Counted from the first letter of the stretch, positions 13,038 to 26,766 are shown. The stretch: DNA of 64,000 nt from Octopus vulgaris (GCA_951406725.2 OX597827.1:6572001-6636000); one strand, 5' to 3'. Notes: generated from the letters alone by a model not told the origin. Made by a program: numbers and translations.

Positions 13038-13813
13038 TCTCATGCACTGCAGGGCAGACAGAAGATGGCACATATTGTTCGAGCACCAGTCCTGGATATT
13101 GGATATACAAGTATGACATTGTCCCTTTGACTAATCATGCTTATTCGGCATATTCAACAAGAAGCCTTTTACAGGAGTTTACAACAGTCACCGCTTTATT
13201 CTGATAACAAGGCTGTGGAAGTTTGGAAATGCTATTTGGGTTAGAAACATTTCTTACAAACTACACATTTGTAATAAAAATGTGAATAAAAGAAAAAAAT
13301 TTGAAAAAAGAAAAATCATTAATAGGAAGATTAAACTCAAACACAAGTCAGCCTTTCAATATATAAACTGTTTGAAAGGAAAGCTGCTCACAACATACAC
13401 AAACCTATCTACCCATCTACCTCCCACCTCTCTCTCTCTCTCTCTTTCTCTCTCACACACACATGGTCATGCACGTGCACACACACACACACACACACAC
13501 ATACATGCACAGATGTCTTGGAAGGTTTTGATATGTTTTTCTGAATGACTATTTAATGTTTGTTCATTTACAAACATTAAAGCTGAATGCATTCCATCCA
13601 CATCAGCAAATATAAGTAAGTATATACAACCACTCCAACAACTACCCACACCCCTCCACTATACACACACACACACACACACACATGCACATATGTATAT
13701 ATACATGATTTGGTTTGTGCTTGCATGCATGTTTGAGTTTTGCTTATGACAACATGTCCATACATATTTATGCAACTGTATGCCTCTGTATGTGAAGCTG
13801 TGTGTGTGTGTTT

Positions 13814-13854
<41 letters not shown>

Positions 13855-13964
13855 TACAAGTGTTTTTGACAACAAGCTTCCTTGAAATCGAGATACTTGA
13901 TTTGAGTTTCCTGTTCTGGAAATGCCTCACTTCAGTACTTTTTCAAGTAATACTGTTAGACAGC

Positions 13965-14198
13965 AGGGCGGCAAGCTGGCAGAATCGTTAGCACACAGGT
14001 TGAAATCCTTAGTGGTATTTTGTCTGCCACTACATTTTGAGTTCAAATTCTGCCTAAGTGGACTTTGAATTTCATCCTATCTGGGTCGATAAATTAAGTA
14101 CCAGTTACGCACTGGGGGTCAATGTAATCGACTTAATCCCTTTGTCTGTCCTTGTTTGTCCCCTCTATTTTTAGCTCCTTGTAGGCAATAAAGAAATA
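13965..14198 (+). mobile_element. SINE family B
   Basis: GGCGGCAAGCTGGCAGAATCGTTAGC head with family B core and tail; degenerate TSD AATA(C/T)TG(T/C)TAGAC. Confidence 0.85.
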
Positions 14199-14368
14199 AA
14201 TATTGCTAGACGGCCACTGCTTCTGTGTTTGTTGCAATAATATACATAGTTGCATACACATATGTACATTTACACACACACGCACACTCATATGCACAAA
14301 CACACAGACATATGTGTGTATGCACATGTAAGCATATGTGTGAGTATATTTGTGTGTGTGTATGTATG

Positions 14369-14413
<45 letters not shown>

Positions 14414-14415
<2 letters not shown>

Positions 14416-14619
14416 GTGACCGCGTGTGTACCGTTGGCGATTTTTTTTTTCCTGTCTTCCTTTCTCTGGATCTTTCCTTCTCCTATGTTTCCGACGAAGA
14501 GCTCCACTCGAAACGTTAAACCCTCCTCCTTTCCTTCTTTCCTGAGCGTCCAATAATATTATATTTGTTCCACGTCCTCGTGTTGTTGTGTTTTTTTGTG
14601 CTTTCTTGTTTGGATTAAC
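14414..14619 (+). mobile_element. About 210-bp PLE pseudo-LTR-like module
   Basis: Second copy of 2971-3178, flanked by (TA)n on both sides. Confidence 0.65.
14487..14521 (+). ncRNA. Minimal hammerhead-like motif (U4C variant)
   Basis: GTTT-CCGACGA-A-GAG(CTCCA)CTC-GAAA-CGT-TA-AAC; palindromic AACGTT helix III. Confidence 0.55.
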
Positions 14620-14629
14620 TATATATATA

Positions 14630-14826
14630 CAGGGTATCCCATAAGTTACGCCCCATTCTGGTATTCATTAAAAGTAATTAAAGCATTTTATTTTATCATA
14701 TTTTTTCTGTGTGTTTTATTATAGAGGGTGCTCATTTGTTACGGTTAATTTCAATGAAGTGTTTTTGAAATAAATAAGGGTGTGTTCTTTTAAAAAACCA
14801 GGATGGTGCACAACTTCTGGGACACC

Positions 14827-14829
<3 letters not shown>
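14630..14829. mobile_element. Tc1/mariner-type MITE, 200 bp
   Basis: TIRs CAGGGTATCCCATAAGTT / AACTTCTGGGACACCCTG, TA on both sides. Confidence 0.85.
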
Positions 14830-14871
<42 letters not shown>

Positions 14872-14924
14872 CATATATGTATACACATATATGCATATGT
14901 ATATATATATGTATATGTGTGTGT

Positions 14925-15123
14925 GTGTGTGTGTGTATGTTTGTGTGTCTGTGTTTGTCTCCCCACCATCCCTTGATAACCGATGCTGGTGTGTTTACAT
15001 CACTGTAACTTAGCAGTTCGAATAAGTACTAGGCTTACAAAGAATAAGTCCTCGGGTCGATTTGTTTGACTAAAGGTGGTGCTCCGGCATGGCTGCAGTC
15101 AAATGACTGAAACAAATAAAAGA
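14925..15123 (+). mobile_element. SINE family A, 3' half
   Basis: Matches about 9405-9610. Confidence 0.8.
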
Positions 15124-15462
15124 ATATACTATTATGAACGGCCATATTTAACACGTCCATTTACATTCAGACATAGAAATGCAATATGCTGCACAAGTTG
15201 TCTTAGGAAATTTTCCTTCTAGGTGATATGGATGTAAACACACCACTAGGCTATGAATGACATCACCAAACTATAGGTGCACGCTTTTCTGATCAGTTAC
15301 ACTTCATCAGCTACGTATTAGAGTGGCAAATTAGTACATTTGCTGAATGTATGCATCCTACTTACCAAACCGGCTGGTTCTTCAACTGCCCACAGGATGA
15401 AAACAAAGCCTGTCAAAGGCCACATAAACTCAGGAGTGTAAACAGACAATGAATTAGATATC

Positions 15463-15695
15463 TATTTCTTTACTACCCACAAGGGGCCAAACACAGAGGG
15501 GACAAACAAGGACAGACATAGGTATTAAGTCGATTACATCGACCCCAGTGTGTAACTGGTACTTAATTTATCGACCCCGAAAGGATGAAAGGCAAAGGCG
15601 ACCATGGCGGAATTTGAACTCAGAACGTAACGGCAGACGGAATACCGGTAAGCATTTCGCCCAGCGTGCTAACGTTTCTGCCAGCTCGCCACCTT
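15463..15695 (-). mobile_element. SINE family B, full length
   Basis: Perfect 13-bp TSD TGAATTAGATATC; family B consensus. Confidence 0.9.
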
Positions 15696-16114
15696 TGAAT
15701 TAGATATCGTCATTGTTTCAACACATGCTGACATGTGTTGCAAGGTTTGACCAAGAACTGGCAAGCTGCAAAGCTGAACCAGATTCCAGTCAGATTCAAC
15801 TTAGTTTCTATGACTGGATGCTCTTCCTAATATCTTAGAAACTTCCAGTTGGTACCCAAAGGTACGTTTGGATTACCTAGGTAGTTTGTACTATAAGCTA
15901 TGTGGAAGGCAACTAACCCAGAATGTATTGAACTCTCAAAGAAAGTCCCGAGGTATGTTTATCATTGAGTCTGTGGCACACATTTGTACCAACTTGCTGC
16001 AATTGGCATTTCCAAAAAGTGTGTTTCATCCCACAAAAGCATTCCCTCTGAAAACAAATCATCTTCTGGATAGCCTGATGGCTTAGTATTGGCTGTTAGA
16101 CCCTCAAACATTAA

Positions 16115-16335
16115 CCCTTTCATTACTGTATTTCTGTTGAGATGCTCTGTGTTTCTTTCAATTACTTTAAATATAACAAAGAATTTAGTAAAATAACTTG
16201 GTTATCATTAAGCTAGAGTTAGGAACATAAATTGTGACTAAGGTTTGGTGGAAGATTTTAATTAAAACTTTAAGAAAACAAGACATTTGTACTACAGAGC
16301 CAGAGCTGGTTTCATCCAGGTTGGTAACGAAAGGG
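16115..16335. mobile_element. piggyBac-type (TTAA) MITE
   Basis: TTAA-CCCTTTCATTAC ... GTAACGAAAGGG-TTAA; a related partial copy starts at about 28950. Confidence 0.75.
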
Positions 16336-16704
16336 TTAAAGTAAAAAGAAGAATTTTCTACACATACAAGGAAATTAAAGGAAGGAAACAAGCTTGAAAT
16401 CAAATTCATCTGGAGCTTACATACAAAATATATTGCTGTGACCAAATTTAAACATATCAGTTGCAATTAAGGATCTTTTATAATAGATATATATATATAT
16501 ATAATAATGTGTGTCTGTATGTGTGCTTGTCTGTGTGTATCTGTATGTAAACGTGTGTTTGTGTGTGTGTGTGTATGTATGTAAATGTGTGTGTATGAAT
16601 ATTTGTGTGTGTGTGCATGTGTATGTGTGTGTGTATGTATATAAATGTGTGTGTGTGTGTTTGTGTATGTGTGTGTGTGTGTATGTGTGTGTGTATGAAT
16701 ATTT

Positions 16705-16750
<46 letters not shown>

Positions 16751-17784
16751 ACGCATATAATGACAAATACATGTTGCATCTGTTGGCTAGTGGCCCTGGG
16801 CAGTTCTGGTATTAAGGTGGGAGGGGCAGAAACGTTTACAGAGCTGCTTCGCCCACTCAAGAGATTCAGTGATGGAGCACAGCAATATTCTAAACACACA
16901 AATATTTACCCTAAGCAAACTTATTTAAACTTACTTAATTTCGTTTATTGCAAAATATTACCATTTCAGCCAAAAACACAGATTCATGCAGACTAAAAAG
17001 CTGAGAACTCATCTCTCACGACCACCAGGCTATTGACCTCTCATGAGACCCTCAGCAGGTTGTGACATCTTGAGAATGTAAAAGCCCTGTCATAATTTAC
17101 ATGTCTGTGAGATTTGATATCAGCTTCAGCACTGGCCAGCTGATTTCCAAAATGCATTGATACAGCTTTCTAAAATTTAATCCCTATTCCTATGTATATA
17201 CAATCCTTCTAAATAAACTGACTCTGAAAAATAAATATTTGCTTATGTGTGACTATATAAAAGAGCCTAGTTTTTAACCTTGTTTATAAACCTGTTGCAA
17301 AATAGCGATATTTGGGTTTGTACTTCCACTAGATAAGAAGCCAACAGCTTTGAAAAATAATACCACAGTTATCACCTGTTGAATTTCTAAAGAAATTTTA
17401 AGGCTATAACATAACCTTAATGTTATTATCTTAAAGTTTATAAATGGAGATATTATAGTGCTTTAAGTACTATAGATCAGAAATGCATTTAATGAAGCAT
17501 GACTTCAACCAACAGGCAAAGAAAATAAGAAAGCTTAGTGCAAAAAGAGGTGAAAATGTAAGCAAAATAAACCGTAGGTCTTAGATAAACAAGATAAAGA
17601 TGCCTTATGTTTCATTTTGCAAGTTATCCAGTTTTATGAAATATTTTATCTATCAATATAAATAAATATACTTAAATAAATATACTTCAAGGTGGTGCTC
17701 CAGCATGGCCACAGTCAAATGACTGGAACAAGTAAAGGAAATAAAAAAAATAAAATATACTATCCTCCCACCCAGACATATATA

Positions 17785-18562
17785 CGAAGTGGTATCAAAA
17801 AGTTCCTGGACTACTTCTAGTGCGCCAACAGATGGCAGCACACGGTTGCGTGAACAGTGACCTTCGTGAAGCAGTGTGCTGAGTGACATTGCGGTGTTTA
17901 CTTCGCAAGTTGTGAAATTTGTGTTTTTGTGATCACGTGTATGTTGGAGTCTGTGATTTTGTCATGGACAGGAAGGTGGAACAAAGAGTCAATGTGAGAT
18001 TTTGTGCTAAACTTAAGAAGTCTTTTACAGAGACATTGAGCATGCTTCAGCAAGCTTACAACGATGAGGCATTGGTTCATATGCAATGTTTTGAGTGGCA
18101 TGGGTGCTTCAAAAGTGGAAAAGCGTCCCTGGAAGATGATGAGCAATCTGGAAAACCTGCCATGAGCATCACCTCCAGAAATGTGGAGAGATTTCATCAG
18201 CATGTACATGATGATCGCTGGAGGACAATCAATGATGTCATTGGTCTGTTGTATGGGTCCGTGCAGGTAATCCTAACGTCTGAATTGAACATGCAGTGAG
18301 TCTACGCCACGTTTGTCGTCCCCTGCTCGCTGACCACTGAGCAGAAAGAACATGGCATCAGAATCTGTCAAGACCTCCATCGACGTGCCACTGATGACCC
18401 ATCCCTCATGTTGAGGATAATCACCGATGATGAAAGTTAGTTCTACATGTATGACCCTAATACAAAGTAGCAGTCATCGTAAGGGAAGAAACCTTCATCT
18501 CCATGACTAAAGAAAGCATGACAGTGCAGTAGCACAATCAAGAGTATGCTTATGGTTTTTTT
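17785..18562 (+). mobile_element. Decayed mariner element, 5' portion with transposase pseudogene
   Basis: MDRKVEQRVNVRFCAKLKKSFTETLSMLQQAY..CFEWHGCFKSG..SLEDDEQSGKP; later IITDDES*FYMYDP and KSMLMVFF; stops and frameshifts. Confidence 0.9.
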
Positions 18563-18576
18563 CGGGTTTTTTTTTT

Positions 18577-18833
18577 GTGTTGGCCTCTGAGTAAGCTTTT
18601 GACAAAATTTGATGCAGATTCTCTGCTCAACTTTGTCATGGTCAATGCAAGAATTACATGCTACACACCTTCCTTCCAAGCACTGTTGTAAACAGCAGAA
18701 GTGAAGTACAATGTTAAAACTTAGTGCACGTGCACAATAGAGTTCAAGATCAATCTGTGCCAAGCAGCTTTACTCTGTATGCTTTAGCTTCGTTACTATG
18801 ACAACAATCCAGATACTTATTGATCGGACCACA
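18577..18833 (-). mobile_element. mariner 5' end module, same as 5006-5276
   Basis: Near-identical sequence encoding KVEQRICIKFCQKL. Confidence 0.75.
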
Positions 18834-18842
18834 TATATACAA

Positions 18843-18914
<72 letters not shown>

Positions 18915-19073
18915 CTTTAGTCAAGCAAATCAACCCCAGGACTTATTCTTTGTAAGCCTAGTACTTATTCTATCGGTTTCTTTTTGCCGAGCCCCTAAGA
19001 TACAGGGATGTAAACACACCAGCATCGGTTTTCAAGTGATGTTGGGGAGACAAACACAGACACACAAACATAT

Positions 19074-19108
<35 letters not shown>

Positions 19109-19285
19109 CATACATATATACGATGGGCTTCTTTCAGTTTCCGTCTACCAAATCCACTCACAAGGCTTTGGTCGGCCCGAGGCTATAGTTGACGACACTT
19201 GCCCAAGGTGCCACGCTGTGGGACTGAACCCGAAACAATGTGGTTGGTAAGCAAGCTACTTACCACACAGCCACTCCTGCGCCTG
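18915..19285 (-). mobile_element. SINE family A
   Basis: Reverse complement of the 9205-9622 family. Confidence 0.9.
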
Positions 19286-19289
19286 ACGG

Positions 19290-20149
19290 AAACATTTTTT
19301 AAACAGACAATGCTAATGGGTATTTATTTTTTTCTTATTGCCTTATTTCCTATTTCCCAGATTGCCAGTCACTTGAGTGTTCAGGAGCAAGCTAAAATAG
19401 CAGCACATTATGAAGTGTGGAATTCCATTGATTTGGTTCAGAGATGGAATTCCATTGTTTTGGTTCATGGAAAGGTAAACATGCAACACTACATCCAGAG
19501 ACAATAGGAAGTTGTCATGCAAAGCTGATGACCACGGGCTCAGTGAACGATGCAAGAAGAGGTGGCCATCCAACCAAATCCTGATCAGCGGAGAACGTAG
19601 CAACAGTGCAGGAAATGTTTAATCACAGCCCGCAAAAAATCAACATATCAAGAAAGAATTGAATTTTCATCCGTGGAAACCCCATTACAAGCAGAAGCTA
19701 AAAGCTGAAGACTGTGATCACAGAACAGAAAACAAAAGCTTGCGCACTGGAGGACTTGGAGACACGGATTCAGAAGGTTCTCAACGATATCCCAGACAAC
19801 ATCCTTCATCCCTGGCCGTTTGAGGAAACTGGCTGATGCCACCGGTGCTTAAGTTGACATATTACTCTTTTACTCTTTTACTCTTTTACTTGTTTCAGTC
19901 ATTTGACTGCGGCCATGCTGGAGCACCACCTTTAATCGAGCATCTCGACCCCGGGACTTATTCTTTTGTAAGCCCAGTACTTATTCTATCGGTCTCTTTT
20001 TGCCGAACCGCTAAGTAACGGTTCGGCAAAAATATGAAGATTTACTTTCATTTTCTCATGTATCATTTGTTTCAATAGATTTGTAAAAGGAAAATGGATT
20101 TGATTACCAATTCTTAATGCTTACTTACTTTTTTTTTTCACCTTCCCTG
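19290..20149 (+). mobile_element. Decayed Tc1-like element, interrupted by a SINE A 3' fragment (19863-20030, minus)
   Basis: SVQEQAKIAAHYEVWNSIDLVQRW N-terminal HTH-like remnant; terminus ...CACCTTCCCTG-TA. Confidence 0.55.
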
Positions 20150-20196
20150 TATATCAGCAGCAGCATTGTTTAAAAGCCATGTTCCATGCTTTGTAT

Positions 20197-20609
20197 TACT
20201 CTTTTACTCTTTTACTTGTTTCCCTCATCTGACTGCGGCCTTGCTGGAGCACCGCCTTTAGTCCAGCAAATCGACCCGAGGACTTATTCTTTGTAAGCCT
20301 AGTACTTATTCTATTGGTCTCTTTTGCCGAATCACTAAGTTACGGGGGAATGTTAACACACTAGCATCGGTTGTCAAGCGATGTTGGGGGGACAAAAACA
20401 GACACAGAAACACACACACATATATATACATATATACATATATACATATATACGATGGGCTTCTTTTCAGTTTCCATCTTCCAAATCCACTCACAAGGCT
20501 CGAGGCTATAGTAGAAGACACCTGCCCAAGGTGCCACGCAGTGGGACTGAATCCGGAACCATGTGATTGGTAAGCAAGCTACTTACCACACAGCCACTCC
20601 TGCGCCTAT
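20197..20609 (-). mobile_element. SINE family A, full length
   Basis: Reverse complement of the family A consensus. Confidence 0.9.
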
Positions 20610-20959
20610 ATATTTATATATCTAATTTTACACAATGTATCATATAAACTTAAATACATACATGTGTGTATATATATGTATACATATATATGTGTGTGTA
20701 TGTGTGCTTGCATGCTAATATGATGTGCATTATAATGAGGGAATAAGCATTAAGGCATGGAAAATAGGAAACTGAGTTATATATGAAAATAAACAGGTAC
20801 ACAAACACATTGCCTCTCTCTCTCACCAATTCATTGGTCAACTACTGGTAACTATGGTCGTATATATTTTTATGTGTACAAGGATGTGGGTGTGAACGTA
20901 CATCTGAATGTTTGATGGAGATTTTCTTTCTGCTTCCTTCCTTCTAGTCTGACCTCAGA

Positions 20960-21326
<367 letters not shown>

Positions 21327-21610
21327 ATATAATTATTAACTTTTCTACCTGACTCCCATGTTTCTCTCCGCTGATTCTGTCAAAGCTGGCTGGAGTATTC
21401 ACCCAGTCATGTCTTCTCTTCTAGAGGTTTCTCTATCCATTATCACGGCAGGGAGCTCCTCTCTACACCACCAGTCGTTTCTCTCATAAGAACTTACCAT
21501 GCATGAGGAAACTCCAGAGTAACAGACCATTGAACCATTGATCCAGTCTCAAACTATGCATGCATGTATCATGTACGTATGTACATATATATAATGTGTG
21601 TGTGTGTCTT

Positions 21611-21666
<56 letters not shown>

Positions 21667-21713
21667 CATACACACACACACCCTGTATTCCCTACAGATA
21701 TAATATACATTTT

Positions 21714-21880
21714 CATACATACAAACATACATACATACATACATACAAACATACATACAAACATACATACATACATACATACGTACATTCATACATACAT
21801 ACATACATACATACATACAAACATACATACATACATACATACATACATACATACATACATACATACATACATACATACAT

Positions 21881-21915
<35 letters not shown>

Positions 21916-21992
21916 TACATACATACATACATACATACATACATACATACATACATACATACATACGTACGTACATACATACATACATACAT
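21714..21992. repeat. (CATA)n microsatellite
   Basis: Directly visible. Confidence 0.95.
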
Positions 21993-22218
21993 ATTTGCTT
22001 CTGTGCTTCCTTTAGCAGTTCAAGCAGAAAAATTCATAATAGATTTTTAAAAATTTGTTTTTATATACACTTGCAAACATCTATGCTTCAAATACAGTTT
22101 CTCACAATTAACTATTTTCCATTAAAATGCTCCATTCGCAGAGATTAGCTGTATATATCATAATAAGAGCTCTGTTTCCCTGTCTCTGAAATCCATCTGA
22201 CTTTCCACTATATGCTCT

Positions 22219-22495
22219 CATCATCATCATCGTCGTTTAACGTCCGTTCTCCATGCTAGCATGGGTTGGACGGTTCGACCGGGGATCTGGGAAGCCAGAA
22301 GGCTGCCCCAGGCTCAGGTCCCATCCGGCAACGTTTCTACAGCTGGATGCCCTTCCTAACGCCAACCACTCCGTGAGTGTAGTGGGTGCTTTTTACGTGC
22401 CACCTGCACTGGAGCCAGGCGAGGCTGGCATCGGCCACGGTCGGATTGGTGCATTTTACGTGCCACCTGCACGGAAGCCAGTCGAGGCGGCTCTC
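22219..22495 (-). mobile_element. SINE family D (RTE-like (ATG)n tail)
   Basis: CATCATCGT..TTTAACGTCCG..CATGCTAGCATGGGTTGGACGG; related copies at 36040-36355, 40507-40567, 48308-48392 and 61455-62090. Confidence 0.8.
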
Positions 22496-23392
22496 CTCGG
22501 ATCAAAATGATTTTCAAGTAACATATTTGGAGATCCGAAATAAAATAAAGTTTATTCAATTTATTCATTGGATTTATACATGCAAGATAAGAAACAAACA
22601 AGGTTTGTATTTTATCTTAGGTTGCATGTTACTTTTTATTTCACCGGCCAATAAAATTTTAAAATGGTTACTAATCCTTGTTTCAAAAATGACAACAGAC
22701 TGGACATAGGGACAAGAATTAGAAAAAAAATCTTTAAAATTGTTATTAGGTATACTAAAAACTTCAGTCAGTAATATAATGAATTCTGTAATAAATCTTT
22801 TATTATATTGATTGCAGCTTCTTCAACAACTTTTAACTATTTATTTTTGAGGTACCTTATATTCCCTACAGATATAATATAAGCTGTTATATAAAGAACT
22901 TCAGTCAATAAAACAGTCAATTCTGCTGTTTATAAGGTAAATGCTTATAAGGTAAATTACTTGTTGACATAAGCAATTTTCAGTGTAAATATAAAAAAAA
23001 AAAAACCGTCATATAAATATTCCTAGTGGTGAATAAAAATAATTTATCCAAGCCTCTTTGTTTATGTTTTAGAACATTTAAACTAAAGTATTTTACTGAA
23101 AAGCTATGTTTGAATTTATTTAGTTTTTTCATCTTGTTTCAGTCATTGGACTGCAGCTCAGTTGGGATAGAAACAGAAAAATTTATTAAGAACAAAAATC
23201 AGTTTGACATTCCATATTTGCCTAAAATACTACAAGCATGCACAAAAATATTCTCAAACGTGAGTTTTGTGATTACTCAATTTGTTAGAAATAGCAGCCT
23301 AGTTTCCTTTAAATCAGTCGGGAATTTTGTTTATGAAGGAGTTTTCTATGTAAACATAAATATTGCATAATATATATATATATATATATTTA

Positions 23393-23644
23393 TTGTTAAT
23401 CCAAACATGAAAACACAAAGAGAAAACACAACAACGCGAGGACGGTGGAACAAGTATAGTGTTATTGGACGCTCAGGAAAGGAAAGAAAGAAGGAGGATT
23501 TAAGAATGAAGTGGAGAATGGGTTGGGTGAAGGGTGGAGGGCAGAGGGAGGAGAGGAGGAGGTAAGCCTGGGGAAATTGGTGGTCAAGAGAGTGAAAGAG
23601 GGACCAGGTGGAATGGATGGTGGCACGGATGAGGAGGCGGGAAG
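23393..23644 (-). mobile_element. PLE-like fragment: module tail fused to a putative ORF remnant
   Basis: 23393-23503 is the reverse complement of the 3' end of 14414-14619; the adjoining GC-rich part reads SRLLIRATIHS..LDHQFPQA..LSSLCP on the minus strand. Confidence 0.45.
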
Positions 23645-24203
23645 TATATATACTGAGTTTGCAGAATACGAAATAAAATACTTTTAAAATAAATGGTTTT
23701 AGTTAAATAAGGTTAAAAGATTATTTATCATGTCTTTACTGACAAAAACTACCCCAATTTCAGTAAAATTACTGAATCAAAAGGACTTAATCGAAAATGC
23801 TAATATAACATCAACTTTACTGAAAATGAAAATAGAGGTACATATGATAACTTTCTAATTCTTTCAAAAAATTTTCATATTTAAACTGATTATATTTTAT
23901 ATTAAAGGTAGTATTTTAAATGGACAAATAGTTTAAATCTATAATTTTGCCATCTTGTCATCAGCAAAGCAATAGGTAATCAGACTAGAAGAAAGGAAAG
24001 TTTTACTCAAATACAGAAAGGGGTTATAATGTTGAATAAGTCTTCCAAAGTAAAGAATCTTTTGTAACTAAGGATTTGATCTGGACAAAAATTTTGTAGT
24101 GGGCCTATATTATAAGATTTGAAACATTCAAATTAGCAATTGCCATGGGTAGAGCACTTTAATGTAAAAGTTTTGCATGTAGAGAGACTGTAAGTGTGTG
24201 TGT

Positions 24204-24239
<36 letters not shown>

Positions 24240-24241
<2 letters not shown>

Positions 24242-24665
24242 GTGCTGGATTAACCATTAAGCAAATTAAGCATGTGCTTAGGGCATTGAGGGAAGGGATG
24301 GGGACCACAGGAATGGTAAATGGCTCACAGCACAAAAGAAATCACTTTAAACTTGCTAGAATTATATTCGAGATGCCTTTATCTCTACTAAGTGTAGATG
24401 CAGATGTGTTACTTAGATTAATTTTGAGTATCTGATCAAAGACTTTGTATTTCAAAAATGTAGGAGGAATCTTTTCAAATATAAATAAAGTAGAAGTATA
24501 CAAAAATAAACATTATTTTCTCTTTTACTGTTTTGTTTCGTTTTGAAAAATAAAAATTTATTTTATGGTTTGTTATTGTTTATAATTTGAATTACATAAT
24601 CTTTTATGGGGTGCAACAAAATCTTTTAAGTGCTTATGGCTTGGATGGGTCTTAATCCGACTCTG
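24240..24665. mobile_element. hAT-type MITE
   Basis: Imperfect TIRs CAGTGCTGGATTAA / TTAATCCGACTCTG; 8-bp TSD TATATATG. Confidence 0.75.
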
Positions 24666-24926
24666 TATATATGACCAGAATAGTATAACTCTGATGAAGA
24701 TAGCAATAGTTCTTTAAGGTCATTTAATATTTCTCAAGTGATCATTGAACTGATAGAGTAAAGCACACCATAAACAAACTTATAATGACTATTGGAAACA
24801 GTTGAAAGTCAAATTTACTACAATAAAGAAATACATAACAATTATTTATACCGTGTCTTACATATATATATATGCCTATATGCATACATACCTACATATA
24901 TACATACATATATACACACACACATA

Positions 24927-24962
<36 letters not shown>

Positions 24963-24967
<5 letters not shown>

Positions 24968-25351
24968 GGCCATGCTGGTGGCCTAGTTGGAAATATTTTT
25001 AGTTGAAAGTATTGATCTCAGTGCCTAATTTTGAAGCCTGGTACTTATTCTATTGGTCTCTTTTGCTGAACCACCAAGTTATTGAGATGTAAACACACCA
25101 GCACTGGTTGTCAAGTGGTGGTGGTGGTGGTGGTGGGGCAAATACCGACACAAAGACATTCACACATAGATATACATACATATATATGACAGGCTTCTTT
25201 CAGTTTCCATCAACCAAATCCACACACAGGGCTTTGGTAGGCCCAAGAGAATAGTAAAAGATACTTGCTCAAGGAGCTGCACAGTGGGGCTGAGCCCAGA
25301 ACCATGAGGCTGGGAAGCAAGCTTTTTACCATATAGCCATACGTGCACCCA
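24963..25351 (-). mobile_element. SINE family A, diverged
   Basis: Recognisable family A blocks in reverse complement. Confidence 0.75.
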
Positions 25352-26172
25352 TATATGATCATATATATATTTATATGTATGTATATATGTATGTATGTAT
25401 GTAATATGTAAATATATATATACACACACACATATACATGGATACCTTTCCTTGATATGTATAAATGTATGTGTAGTGTTAAGAAACACACATACAGAAG
25501 TGTAGTAGAGATGATAAAATGCTTTCAGACACAACTGAAACGCATATCCCAATATACAAATCAAATGCTTGGCAGACCACTACCTTACATCATTGCATTA
25601 AGAGGCTGAAACCTTATATTTTTCCATAGATTTATCTGTAGATTCTTGTTCGCCACTATCCCCTATGTTGTGAGTCACTTGAAACAATCTTAAAGTCTTG
25701 CAGAAAAATATGGATAAGGAAGTATAGAAAGTCCATAAAACAAAAACAAATACTTGTGACTTTGTTGTAAATTTTGGGTAGAGCTAAAGACTTCAACACT
25801 AGTTTAGAAAAGAAATATATATTTACAGAATAAATACAACGTAAAAGAATTGAGTAACTGTATCCTCTGTGTGTTTTACAAGTGGGATTTAATGTCTGAA
25901 CGCATATATTTTAAATGCCAGTTCTGAATTTTTCCTCTTCGGGGTTTTGTCATTGGATCAAGGCCCTGGTTTTTATCTTGATATACAAGTGATGGCAGGT
26001 ATTATGCAACAATTTATCATGATCATGATTAATTATTACGCAAAAGGCATCCAATGTGGGTTCCTTGTGTGATATATGGAGATCGTAATGTTTTGCATCT
26101 GTGTATGTGTAACACACACACACACACACATACATGCACACACATTCATATATACACATACAAATACACAAA

Positions 26173-26319
<147 letters not shown>

Positions 26320-26493
26320 GAGTGTATTTTTCCCTTGTTAACAATTAACACGAAAAATAGATAAATAGTTACCAGGGGTAGCAAAATATCTCACAAGTAA
26401 AGAGGTTGTAACTCCTTGTTTTTAAAGGAATTTTTTGTATAATATATAAATAAATAAATGGAGTTTAACGCAGGTATAATTCAAATACTTTTA

Positions 26494-26579
26494 CCTCTGA
26501 CACATGTTTCGAAGATTTCACTGATATTATTCCAAAGGAATAAATGGTGTAAAACAATGTTATCTTCTCTTCAGAGAAA
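26494..26579 (-). ncRNA. Type I hammerhead ribozyme
   Basis: Minus strand: TTTCT-CTGAAGA-GAAGAT...ATCTTC-GAAA-C ATGT-GTC-AGAGG; perfect 6-bp stem II, GUC triplet, ACATGT palindrome. Confidence 0.85.
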
Positions 26580-26766
26580 TGAAAAGATATTTTAACAGAA
26601 AATGATGGATATGTATAGTGATTTACTGAACGCTATTAATATTGTTTGAAAAAACGTTATATGATATAACATCAGAAGTAGCCTATAGAAAGAGGAGGGA
26701 TATTTTTTTAGTGAATGTTAAATATAAAAAGAAAATTAATGTCTAAATTATATATAATGATAGAGA

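Noticed and set aside
21684-22882. 21-bp repeat ATTCCCTACAGATATAATATA at two sites
   Set aside because: Too short, with no flanking structure to interpret.
24688-24730. CTGATGA hammerhead box (also at about 10961 minus and 61273)
   Set aside because: No stem II or GAAA..UH in the required geometry.
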